Assembly: GCA_016178135.1 (NCBI GenBank)
Contig: JACOTW010000001.1
Span: forward strand, 228 to 64,227
Length of the DNA: 64,000 bases
From: Candidatus Saccharimonadota bacterium
GTDB taxonomy: Bacteria; Patescibacteriota; Saccharimonadia; Saccharimonadales; JACOTW01
Direction: 5' to 3'
Part shown: in pieces, positions 28,009 to 36,445 of the stretch
Layout: each line of letters begins with the position of its first letter
Numbering within the stretch: position 1 is the stretch's first letter
Notes under the pieces: generated by a model
Database searches by the model: none
What the model was told of the DNA's origin: nothing
Seen by the model: only the letters and a program-made list of their open reading frames with translations
Program-made: the position numbers and the translations under genes

Positions 28009-28096
28009 CTGGAATCACGCAAAGTTCCTCCGCCCCCAGACCAAATAATCTCGGCTGGTAGCGGTCTGTCTTATCTCGATTTTGCGACAGGTCTAG
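28009..28096 (+). mobile_element. PE-A miniature (internally deleted) copy
   Basis: The left arm CTGGAATCACGCAAAGTTCCTCCGCCCCCAGACC... joins directly to the right TIR TTTTGCGACAGGTCTAG. Confidence 0.7.
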
Positions 28097-28168
28097 TGAA
28101 AGGGGGCGGGTATCTTGATAAACCAATATGGTTATGCTAGGATAATTATAGTTAAGCTAAAATCAAAA

Positions 28169-29278
28169 ATGAAAATCAACAAATATAATAGTAGATTCAG
28201 CGTCTTATCCTTGGCGGTAGCGGTTGCCATAACCTTTGGCTTGGTTGTTAGTCCAATGGTTCGGGCCGATCAATTTGATGAACAAATCCGTAATTTAAAA
28301 AAGCAGAATTCCCAAATAGCTGGTGCCGTTAACCAGCTTGAAGTGTCAGCTGTTGACTTTAATGACAAAATAAGCAAATTACAGCAACAAATTGATGCTT
28401 TGCAGGCACAAATCAATCAAAGTAATGTGGAAATTGAGCAAACCAAAACCAAAATTGCTGTTGCCGAAGAAGAACTGGCCAAACAGCGTAAATTACTGGG
28501 CGTCAATATTAAGGCGATGTATCTGGAAGGTCAAATCTCTACGGTGGAAATGCTGGCCTCCAGTAGCGATCTTAGCGACTTTTTTGACAAAGCCCAATAC
28601 AGGAGTAGTGTAAAAGATACAATCACGGGCACTATGGATAGAGTTACGGCGCTTAAGTTTGAGTTAAACGCTCAAAAAGAGCGTTTAGAACTACAAAAGA
28701 AAGATCAAGAAGCTCGTCAGGTCGATCTGGATGGTCAGCGTGCCGAACAAGCGAATTTGCTGGCATTGAACGAGGCAGACAGAAATCGCCTAAATACCGA
28801 TATAAAAAATAATTACGCCCAAATTGGCGAGCTCAAACGTCAGCAACTTATAGCAAACGCTCGTTTCATTGGCGGTACTGCAGGTACTGGACCGGCTTGT
28901 GGTGGTGGCTACCTCGCTAAATGGTGCGAAATTCCACAAGACAGCGTAGTTGACGATTGGGGTATGTATAACCGCGAGTGTGTAAGCTATGCAGCCTTCA
29001 AGGTTGCCGCTTCCGGTCGTCACATGCCTTACTGGGGCGGTTACGGTAATGCCAACCAGTGGGACGATAACGCAAGAAATGTTGGAATTGTTGTTGATGG
29101 TGAACCACGTGAAGGTGATGTGGCACAAACAGATGCAGGCGGACTAGGGCATGTGATGTATGTTGAACACGTGTATGGTGATGGTACAATTTATATCAGC
29201 CAATATAACGCCAGCTTCGATGGACGTTATAGCGAAAAACGGATTTCAGCCGCCGGTCTTAACTTTATCCACTTCTAG
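28169..29278 (+). CDS. Secreted coiled-coil + CHAP-domain peptidoglycan hydrolase (PcsB/CwlO-like)
   Basis: Signal/TM segment, a long Q/E/K-rich coiled coil, and a C-terminal CHAP domain (NRECVSYAAFKV...GHVMYVEHV). Confidence 0.8.
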   Translation: MKINKYNSRFSVLSLAVAVAITFGLVVSPMVRADQFDEQIRNLKKQNSQIAGAVNQLEVSAVDFNDKISKLQQQIDALQAQINQSNVEIEQTKTKIAVAEEELAKQRKLLGVNIKAMYLEGQISTVEMLASSSDLSDFFDKAQYRSSVKDTITGTMDRVTALKFELNAQKERLELQKKDQEARQVDLDGQRAEQANLLALNEADRNRLNTDIKNNYAQIGELKRQQLIANARFIGGTAGTGPACGGGYLAKWCEIPQDSVVDDWGMYNRECVSYAAFKVAASGRHMPYWGGYGNANQWDDNARNVGIVVDGEPREGDVAQTDAGGLGHVMYVEHVYGDGTIYISQYNASFDGRYSEKRISAAGLNFIHF

Positions 29279-29316
29279 TATAATAAGGTGAACTAAAAAA
29301 TATAAATGGGGGTTAC

Positions 29317-30549
29317 ATGGCGCAGAGGGATTCTGATCAAATTGTTAAAAAAGACCGTAAGTTTGGTATAAATTGGGTTAAATCGGCTGCTAATATTTTT
29401 GTAGCCCTTTTGATATTCGTGCTTGGTATTGGGGTGGGTAATGGACGGGTTGCCTTTGGTTCAGACGCCATTTTTCGTAAGAGCCTACAAAAAGGTCTAC
29501 CAAATAACCTTGACTATAGCTCCGTAGAGCAGGTGTACGATTTATTAAAGCTGGATTTTGACGGGCAGTTGGATCAGACAAAGTTGCTTGATGGTCTAAA
29601 GTCTGGCTTGACCCAAGCCAGCGGAGACAACTACACCGAGTATTTTAATCCAGAGCAAGCCAAAGCTTTAAATGATGACCTTAACGGTGCTTTTACGGGT
29701 ATTGGCGCCAAGTTAGGTAAAGAAAATGGCGCGATTATAATTATGTCGCCCCTGCCTGGCTATCCGGCAGAAAAGGTCGGACTGCGAGCCAAAGATATAA
29801 TTGCTAAAATCAATGATGAAACTACCCAGAACATGACTATTGATGAGGCGGTCAAAAAAATTCGTGGTAAAGTCGATACCGAAGTTAGTCTGACAATTAT
29901 TAGAAACGACAAAAAACTAGATTTTAAAATAACTAGACAACAAATTATCGTTCCAAGTGTCGAGTACCAGATACTTGACGGAAATATTGGCTACTTGCAA
30001 ATAACTCAATTCAACACCGATACCACGGAGCTAGCTCAAAAGGCGGCTAATGAATTCAAGCAAAAAAATGTTAAGGGCGTGATGCTTGATATGAGGGGTG
30101 ATCCGGGTGGCTATCTAGATGCTGCCGTGGATGTCGCCAGCCTGTGGTTGCCTGCCGGCAAAACCGTACTGTCAGAAAGACGGGGTGGGGTAGTCATAAA
30201 ATCATACGAAGCTAAAGGTTCATCAACACTCCTGGGGATTCCAACGGTAGTTTTGATTGACGGTGGTAGCGCCTCGGCTTCAGAAATAGTCGCTGGCGCA
30301 CTAAAAGACAACGGCGTGGCAACACTCATAGGCGAAAAGAGTTTTGGAAAGGGTAGTGTTCAGAATATAGAAAAACTTTTGGACGGTAGCGCGCTCAAAG
30401 TCACAATTGCTCGCTGGTACACCCCGAATGGTCAAAATATAGACAAGCAGGGTATTGAACCGGATCAAAAAGTCGAAAGAAGTGAAGATGATTTCAAAAA
30501 CAACCGTGATCCTCAAAAAGATGCGGCTATTAATTTCTTAAAGAAGTAG
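29317..30549 (+). CDS. ctpA: Carboxy-terminal processing protease, S41 family
   Basis: A PDZ segment followed by an S41 core (GGSASASEI, FGKGSVQ). Confidence 0.9.
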   Translation: MAQRDSDQIVKKDRKFGINWVKSAANIFVALLIFVLGIGVGNGRVAFGSDAIFRKSLQKGLPNNLDYSSVEQVYDLLKLDFDGQLDQTKLLDGLKSGLTQASGDNYTEYFNPEQAKALNDDLNGAFTGIGAKLGKENGAIIIMSPLPGYPAEKVGLRAKDIIAKINDETTQNMTIDEAVKKIRGKVDTEVSLTIIRNDKKLDFKITRQQIIVPSVEYQILDGNIGYLQITQFNTDTTELAQKAANEFKQKNVKGVMLDMRGDPGGYLDAAVDVASLWLPAGKTVLSERRGGVVIKSYEAKGSSTLLGIPTVVLIDGGSASASEIVAGALKDNGVATLIGEKSFGKGSVQNIEKLLDGSALKVTIARWYTPNGQNIDKQGIEPDQKVERSEDDFKNNRDPQKDAAINFLKK

Positions 30550-30559
30550 GATAGACGAC

Positions 30560-31741
30560 GTGCGACACTTTCTGCAAAGTGAGGCGTGGCAGCGATTTCA
30601 GCAAGCGCTTGGCAAAGAAGTAATTAGCCAGCGCGGACATGGCTGGTCGTTTATGGGTGTTATTGAGCAGCCTCGGAAACGTGGTGGTCGCTTGAATCGG
30701 CGGCTGTATTTGCCTTATGGGCCAACTTGTCAAGATGAAATTGCTCTTGGGGAGGCTCTCCAGGCAATCAGAAAAATAGCAAACCAAAAAAAAGTAGTAT
30801 ATGTTCGCCTGGAGCCTATTATTCTTTCCGGTCAAACAATTGATCTGAAAAAGTACGGCTGTCAACCAAATAAGCACCCCACGCAACCAGATAGAACTTG
30901 GGTACTGAATCTTGCAAAGGACGAGGAAAATCTGTTGGCAAATATGAGTGGGACCAACCGGAACCTTTGGAATACTCATAAAAATAAAGGACTGTCATTC
31001 CAGATTGATTACGATAAAACGGACTTAAAAGACTTTTTAGCGATGCTACACGCGATGGCTGGGCGTAAAGGTCTAAAAACACACGACGACAGTTATTTTA
31101 AGACGATGGCCAGAAGTTTATTTCCCGAAAAAGATGCCGGATTAGCTATTGCTTTGTTGCATGACAAACCAATTGTGGCGGCAATTTTCTTTGATGATCC
31201 AGTGGCTGGGATTAGATATTATGCCCATGCTGGGTCATTTGAAGAGGCTCGGAAAATCCAGGCCAACTCTCCACTTTTGACTTTTTTGATACTAGACGCC
31301 AAAAAACGCGGCTTCAAGGAGTTTGACTTCTATGGCGTCTCTCCGCCTGGTGACGAGTTACACCGCTGGGCTGGACATAGCAAGTTTAAACGCTCATTTG
31401 GTGGTGTAGACAAAGAATACCTAGGAACCTGGGAGTTACCGGTGAGACGCGATTTATTTATCTTGGCCCAAGTTGCTCGCAAATTCAGTAAACTGGACTT
31501 ACGCAAAGCTCCCTCATCCCCAGACCGACTAACCTCGGCTGCAAACAGCTTTTCCTCTCTCGATGTACCTCCTGGTACCTCTCCTTCAGACAAAACTGTT
31601 TTCGCTCGAGCTGATTCGTCCTGGGAACGAGGGATTTTGCGTAAGTCCAGTAAACCTCTTGCCAAAGCTTCAGGGAGTAAGGTAGTATTTAAAGGAATAA
31701 TAAAAAGAGGTGATACAAGAGGTGGCAAAGCAACCGACTAA
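30560..31741 (+). CDS. FemAB-family peptidoglycan bridge aminoacyltransferase with a C-terminus read through a complete PE-A copy
   Basis: N-terminus MRHFLQSEAWQRFQQALG and the FemAB pattern. From about codon 312 the ORF reads through all 158 bp of PE-A (LDLRKAPSSPDRL...ILRKSS) and on to 31741, overlapping pyrG. Confidence 0.7.
   Translation: MRHFLQSEAWQRFQQALGKEVISQRGHGWSFMGVIEQPRKRGGRLNRRLYLPYGPTCQDEIALGEALQAIRKIANQKKVVYVRLEPIILSGQTIDLKKYGCQPNKHPTQPDRTWVLNLAKDEENLLANMSGTNRNLWNTHKNKGLSFQIDYDKTDLKDFLAMLHAMAGRKGLKTHDDSYFKTMARSLFPEKDAGLAIALLHDKPIVAAIFFDDPVAGIRYYAHAGSFEEARKIQANSPLLTFLILDAKKRGFKEFDFYGVSPPGDELHRWAGHSKFKRSFGGVDKEYLGTWELPVRRDLFILAQVARKFSKLDLRKAPSSPDRLTSAANSFSSLDVPPGTSPSDKTVFARADSSWERGILRKSSKPLAKASGSKVVFKGIIKRGDTRGGKATD
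31493..31650 (+). mobile_element. PE-A element (alpha subtype), full copy, inside the femAB-like ORF
   Basis: Perfect TIRs CTGGACTTACGCAAA/TTTGCGTAAGTCCAG with a perfect 4-bp TSD (TAAA/TAAA). Confidence 0.9.
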
Positions 31742-33326
31742 GTTTGTATTTGTAACAGGTGGTGTACTTTCTGGACTAGGAAAGGGTATTACGGCCGCCT
31801 CCATTGGTAACCTCTTAAAAGCCCGTGGCTTAACAGTCAATCTGCAAAAATGTGATCCATACCTAAATGTTGATGCCGGATTATTGAATCCCCGCGAACA
31901 TGGCGAATGTTTTGTTACCAAAGATGGCGCGGAAACCGATCTAGACCTCGGGCATTATGAGCGTTTTGTGGACGAGGAAATGACTAGTGCCAGCAGCCTC
32001 ATGAGCGGTCGCGTACTACTCAAACTAATCCAGGACGAACGGGCTGGTAAATTTGACGGCGATGACGTTCAGATTATCCCGCATCTAACTGGTGCTATCC
32101 AGGATTGGATATTAAAAGCCGGTGAAGGTTTTGACGTACATGTCGTGGAAATTGGTGGTACGGTCGGTGATTATGAGTCCCTATCTTTTATAGAAGCTAT
32201 ACGAGAACTTGGCGTGCGTGTGGGGCCGGAAAATTGTGTTTATGTACATGTGGTTTACTTGCCATATCTTGGGGCTAGCAATGAAACAAAAACTAAGCCG
32301 GCTCAAAACTCCGTAAGAGAACTGCGCGGACTTGGTATTACGCCAGATATTTTAGTTGGTCGCAGTGAAAAATTAGCTAACGGCAGCGTTAAAAAGAAGC
32401 TTAGTTTGTTTGGTGGCGTAGCCGAAGAAGCCATCGCATTATTGCCAAATGCCCCAAGTATTTACCAGGTACCGTTAACACTGGAAGATACCGGTATTGC
32501 CGATGTCATCACTAGGCGTCTTGGTATAAAAACAAAAAATCCAGATTTAAAGGATTGGCGAGCAGTGGTCAAACAGGCTACTACTAATTACGATAAAACC
32601 GTTAAAATCGGTTTTATAGCCAAATATATGGATAATACCGATACTTATATGTCGGTCTTTGAGGCTCTTAAAGCGGCCGCTTGGTACAATGGCTGCAGTG
32701 TTGATATAAGCTGGGTTGATGCGTCGCAATTTGATGCCAAAGGATCTGATATAAGTAACGCAATGCAGGGCTTTGATGGCATATTGGTACCTGGCGGTTT
32801 TGGCCAGCGGGGACTTGAGGGCAAGATTAAAGCCGCTCAATACGCGATCAAAAGCCATGTGCCTTATTTAGGTCTTTGTTTGGGGTTGCAGGTGGCGGTT
32901 ATTGGCGCCGCTCGTAATAGTGGCATTGTTGACGCGACAACTTTCGAACTTGACCCAGAGGCTAAAAATATAGTAATCAACACTATGGAAGATCAAAAAG
33001 GAAAACACATGACAGGCGGCACAATGCGACTAGGCAACTACGATTGTGTTTTAGAAAAAAACAGCCTTGCCGCCAAGATTTATGGCAGTAAAAACATAAC
33101 AGAACGCCATCGTCATCGAGGTGAATGCAATAACGCCTATCGTGATCAATATAAGGATTGGGGAATCCGTGCCAGTGGCATCAATCCAGAAAATAATCTG
33201 GTAGAAGTAATAGAGGGCATAGATCACCCATTCTTTTTAGCTAGTCAGTTTCATCCAGAATTTAAATCACGCCCAAATCGCCCTCACCCTATGTTTAATG
33301 GCTTTATTCAAGCTTGCCTGAAATGA
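31710..33326 (+). CDS. pyrG: CTP synthase
   Basis: FVTGGVLSGLGKG N-terminus and a GATase domain (GLCLGLQ, HRHRGECN). The start is uncertain (GTG 31710 or GTG 31722). Confidence 0.95.
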   Translation: MIQEVAKQPTKFVFVTGGVLSGLGKGITAASIGNLLKARGLTVNLQKCDPYLNVDAGLLNPREHGECFVTKDGAETDLDLGHYERFVDEEMTSASSLMSGRVLLKLIQDERAGKFDGDDVQIIPHLTGAIQDWILKAGEGFDVHVVEIGGTVGDYESLSFIEAIRELGVRVGPENCVYVHVVYLPYLGASNETKTKPAQNSVRELRGLGITPDILVGRSEKLANGSVKKKLSLFGGVAEEAIALLPNAPSIYQVPLTLEDTGIADVITRRLGIKTKNPDLKDWRAVVKQATTNYDKTVKIGFIAKYMDNTDTYMSVFEALKAAAWYNGCSVDISWVDASQFDAKGSDISNAMQGFDGILVPGGFGQRGLEGKIKAAQYAIKSHVPYLGLCLGLQVAVIGAARNSGIVDATTFELDPEAKNIVINTMEDQKGKHMTGGTMRLGNYDCVLEKNSLAAKIYGSKNITERHRHRGECNNAYRDQYKDWGIRASGINPENNLVEVIEGIDHPFFLASQFHPEFKSRPNRPHPMFNGFIQACLK

Positions 33327-33340
33327 CTATATAGCGTAGC

Positions 33341-33811
33341 ATGAGCGATATAAGGAATAATTTTATGGACAACACTCAACAACCCCAACAGCCTGAACCA
33401 CCAACAGAAAAAATTCTTACTCCAGCGCCCGTAACAGACCCTAAACACCCCAAGAAAATTTTATTGGTTGAAGACGATGATGCGCTGGCCAGTGTTTATG
33501 AAACTCGTTTAACTTCCGAAGGTTTTGCTACGCGTCGTGTTCCAAACGGCGAAGACGCGTTAGCTATAGCATTAGAATACAAACCAGATCTGATTTTGCT
33601 TGACGTTATGATGCCAAAGGTGAGTGGTTTTGACGTTCTGGACATTTTGCGCAACACGCCCGAAACAATGAACATAAAAGTTATTATGTTGACGGCCCTA
33701 AGTCAAGATAGTGATAAACAACGGGCGGAAACACTGGGCGTTGATGAATATTTAGTAAAGTCGCAAGTAGTAATTGCCGACGTAATAGAACACATCAAAA
33801 AACATCTGTAA
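33341..33811 (+). CDS. Single-domain response regulator (canonical receiver)
   Basis: LLVEDDD, the phospho-acceptor context DLILLDVMMP, plus LTA and K (YLVKS). Confidence 0.85.
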   Translation: MSDIRNNFMDNTQQPQQPEPPTEKILTPAPVTDPKHPKKILLVEDDDALASVYETRLTSEGFATRRVPNGEDALAIALEYKPDLILLDVMMPKVSGFDVLDILRNTPETMNIKVIMLTALSQDSDKQRAETLGVDEYLVKSQVVIADVIEHIKKHL

Positions 33812-33819
33812 CAATTATA

Positions 33820-34182
33820 CTGGACATGTCGCAAAAGCCCCCATCTCCAGACCGACTAACCTTGGTTACAAACGGCTTTTCTTCTCTCGATGTATTCTTT
33901 AAGCTCTCCTTCGGATAAACTGGACCTGTCGCAAAACTCCTCCATCCCCAGATCGAATTCTATCGGCTACTCTTCGAGTCTGAGCCTGAGGGCTCACCTC
34001 AGAGTCGAAGACAAACGGTTTTTCTTCTCTCAATGTAGCCAAGAACTAATTAACATCTATCTGTCGGCTAAAATCTTTAGGTCTGTCACTTTTATTCTGT
34101 TTTTTGTTTTCGGTTCGTACCGATAGGTACGACCAAAAGCCAAGAAAACAGAATAAAAATCATGACAGCTGCTAAAGATTCG
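33820..34182 (+). mobile_element. Stack of truncated elements: PE-A left part, a second PE-A left part with PE-S, and a truncated PE-E
   Basis: PE-A #1 (33820-33919) is cut by PE-A #2 (from 33920). PE-A #2 contains PE-S (33971-34012) and then PE-E (34046-34182), which ends abruptly. No right halves are present. Confidence 0.75.
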
Positions 34183-34207
34183 TAAGCAGTAAATAGGAAC
34201 AACAAAC

Positions 34208-34576
34208 ATGACAAGCGAAATATCCCAACCAAAACCTCAACAAGAACTTATAACTGGCATACCCACGCCTGAAGATCATGAGCGTATGGCAAACGAACAA
34301 TCAATAGAAGAAGACACGCTTTCTCTTGGGGCCCTAGAGCGAGTTATAGCCGGTGAAGCGGAAGGGATGCATGCGGCAGACTTAAACAAGCGCCATCCTA
34401 TTAAGCCAAGTTCTATGGAATCACGACCAACAGTGCCGTTACCAGAAGCAGCGTATGAAACACGTGAACCGTATGTTCCTGGACCAGGAGAGGAGACGGT
34501 CTATGGTAAGGAAGCCGCCGATCTTAGAGCCCAAGCAAGAGCAATATACGAAGCTGGACAAGCTACTCAAGAATAA
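34208..34576 (+). CDS. Acidic, low-complexity hypothetical protein
   Basis: 122-aa ORF rich in E/P/A with no recognisable domain; it may be intrinsically disordered. Confidence 0.35.
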   Translation: MTSEISQPKPQQELITGIPTPEDHERMANEQSIEEDTLSLGALERVIAGEAEGMHAADLNKRHPIKPSSMESRPTVPLPEAAYETREPYVPGPGEETVYGKEAADLRAQARAIYEAGQATQE

Positions 34577-34586
34577 ACTTAAGTTT

Positions 34587-34859
34587 TTATTCGACTGTAA
34601 CTTCGCTGCGTTTTACGGATTTACCACTGAAGAGTCGGACTTTTCGGGTGCTGAAGTTAACTATGCCATCTTTGGCAGCGTGAATGGTGAAATTGCGACT
34701 CAAAGTTGTACCAGCTCCGGCGCGCTTAGTCATACCAACCTGCCGAACGATAACCTGACCGGTTTTAACTTTTTGGCCACCATATAGCTTTACCCCGAGC
34801 CTTTGCCCGGGTGAATCATGAATATTTTTGGATGTACCACCAGCTTTAACGTGTGACAT
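34587..34859 (-). CDS. rpmA: 50S ribosomal protein L27
   Basis: MSHVKAGGTSKN...GQRLGVK...G.IIVRQ pattern. Shine-Dalgarno AGAGG upstream. Confidence 0.95.
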   Translation of the reverse strand: MSHVKAGGTSKNIHDSPGQRLGVKLYGGQKVKTGQVIVRQVGMTKRAGAGTTLSRNFTIHAAKDGIVNFSTRKVRLFSGKSVKRSEVTVE

Positions 34860-34875
34860 TACCAGCCTCTAGTTA

Positions 34876-36087
34876 TTATTTTCTTATTAATACTATTAGT
34901 TCACGGGCTACAACTTGATCCGGTCTATGATAAACAAGATCTGCATTACTCACATGAACAAAACTTGTCCGAGTATACCCCAATTCCTCAATAAGTTCAA
35001 GTACGGGGAGGTGCTTGAAGTTTTTTTCTGTGTTCCAGGCTGGCACCGCGATGCATAAACGGGTTCCAGGGCTAAGTTGCCGGGCTAGATTTTTGAGGAA
35101 TTTTTTGATTATGGTGTTCACATCGTGTATGACTCCGCTAAGCACATCAGCGGTTGGTTGGGCAGAGAAGGGGCGGCCAAGATATGTTTCGCAAGCTACA
35201 GTGTCGATTGGTTTAACCCATTCGTTTTGTGTCGCGTCGCCTATAGAAACACGAAATTCTTTCTGGGTAGGCTGAAGCTTATCCATAAGCCACTCCAGAT
35301 TGGTTTGAGAATATTCAAACATACGCCTGTCAATATCCGTGCCGTAGGCTCGGTAGCCCATTATAAGAGCCTCCTGTAAGATCACGCCTGTTCCACAAAA
35401 AGGATCCAGTATAGTGGAATCGTGGGTGGTTTTTGGGCTACAAGCAGGATCGACGGGCTCGATTAGGCCAACAGCTAGGTTGATGATAATTTGGGCTAGT
35501 TTGGGCGGTAACATGCCGACTTTGGCGTCACGTTTTGGTCGGCCACGGTCGCGCAGAGTGTATGATTCAATATCCTGAACAGCTATGCTTTGGGCGATCA
35601 AGGTTTTGGAACCATGTTTGACGAATATTAGCTCCCAGCCCAGCGGACCAGTGAGTTGATTATGCAGGACCTGGGCGCTACTAAGGGCCGTTTCAACGTT
35701 TGGTATAACTCGAACCGAACGACCACTGGCTCTGATTACTTTTTTGAGAGTCAGACCAGTTGCGGCAATCTGCTGCGGTCTCATTGAAAATCCATAGACA
35801 CTTAATCCAAGCCGCATTTTGCCTTCAGGCATATAGTCCAGATGTTGAGGCGTGGTTTCTGCTAGAAATTTTTCAACATGGCGCCAGTTAACGGTGTCTA
35901 AAATGGTTAGTAGTTTGCAAAACTTTACTGTACCGCCTAGGCGAGTGAAATCAATTTGCGCCGGCTCAATATTAAGTAACGCGCCATGTTCGCCAATAGG
36001 TTGAATATTATCACCACCAAAAAGGCTTTCAAGCTCGGCTATTCCAAGTGCTGGCTGCCTTCCCAAAATACAAAATGCCTGATTCAT
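34876..36087 (-). CDS. THUMP-like/class I SAM-dependent RNA (guanine-N2-type) methyltransferase
   Basis: DPFCGTGVILQEA motif and the UPF0020-type layout. The true start is MNQAFCILG at 36087; the 70-aa upstream extension in the ORF track is a PE-A translation. Confidence 0.7.
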   Translation of the reverse strand: MNQAFCILGRQPALGIAELESLFGGDNIQPIGEHGALLNIEPAQIDFTRLGGTVKFCKLLTILDTVNWRHVEKFLAETTPQHLDYMPEGKMRLGLSVYGFSMRPQQIAATGLTLKKVIRASGRSVRVIPNVETALSSAQVLHNQLTGPLGWELIFVKHGSKTLIAQSIAVQDIESYTLRDRGRPKRDAKVGMLPPKLAQIIINLAVGLIEPVDPACSPKTTHDSTILDPFCGTGVILQEALIMGYRAYGTDIDRRMFEYSQTNLEWLMDKLQPTQKEFRVSIGDATQNEWVKPIDTVACETYLGRPFSAQPTADVLSGVIHDVNTIIKKFLKNLARQLSPGTRLCIAVPAWNTEKNFKHLPVLELIEELGYTRTSFVHVSNADLVYHRPDQVVARELIVLIRK

Positions 36088-36100
36088 ACTATCTAGTATA

Positions 36101-36260
36101 CTGGACTTACGCAAAGCTCCCTCATCCCCAGACCGACTAACCTCGGCTACAAACAGTTTTTCCTCTCTCGATGTACCTCCTGGGTACTTCTCCTTCAGAC
36201 AAAACTGTTTTCGCTCGAGCTGATTCGCCCTGGGAACGAGGGATTTTGCGACAGGTCCAG
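36101..36260 (+). mobile_element. PE-A element (alpha subtype), full copy
   Basis: Perfect 4-bp TSD (TATA/TATA). On the minus strand its tip reads GTCCAGTATACT, then 7 nt, then the methyltransferase ATG. Confidence 0.9.
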
Positions 36261-36268
36261 TATAGCTA

Positions 36269-36312
36269 TAGCCATCCCAGAACAAAATGCCCATTGTGTT
36301 TTAGCATAGCTA
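36269..36312 (+). mobile_element. PE-C miniature copy (44 bp)
   Basis: TAGCCATCCCAGAACAAAATG...CATTGTGTTTTAGCATAGCTA with a TA/TA duplication. Confidence 0.6.
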
Positions 36313-36445
36313 TAGCCAGAGTTTTCTCATCCACTCATCCCGCGCCACTCTTACATAATTTTTCACCACCCCAGACCAATCCTGTAAAGCAGGATTACTC
36401 TGGAATTGGTGAAAAAGTACGAAAGTCCTATATAATAAATGTTTA

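Noticed and set aside
34208-34576. The acidic, disordered 122-aa protein ending in ...QATQE could be a Pup/UBact-like tag for the PafA/Dop-like ligase.
   Set aside because: It lacks the C-terminal GG[QE] (Pup) or R[T/S]G[EQ]-type (UBact) ending as I recall them. It is twice the usual length and lies 22 kb from the ligase gene. It is kept only as a hypothetical CDS.
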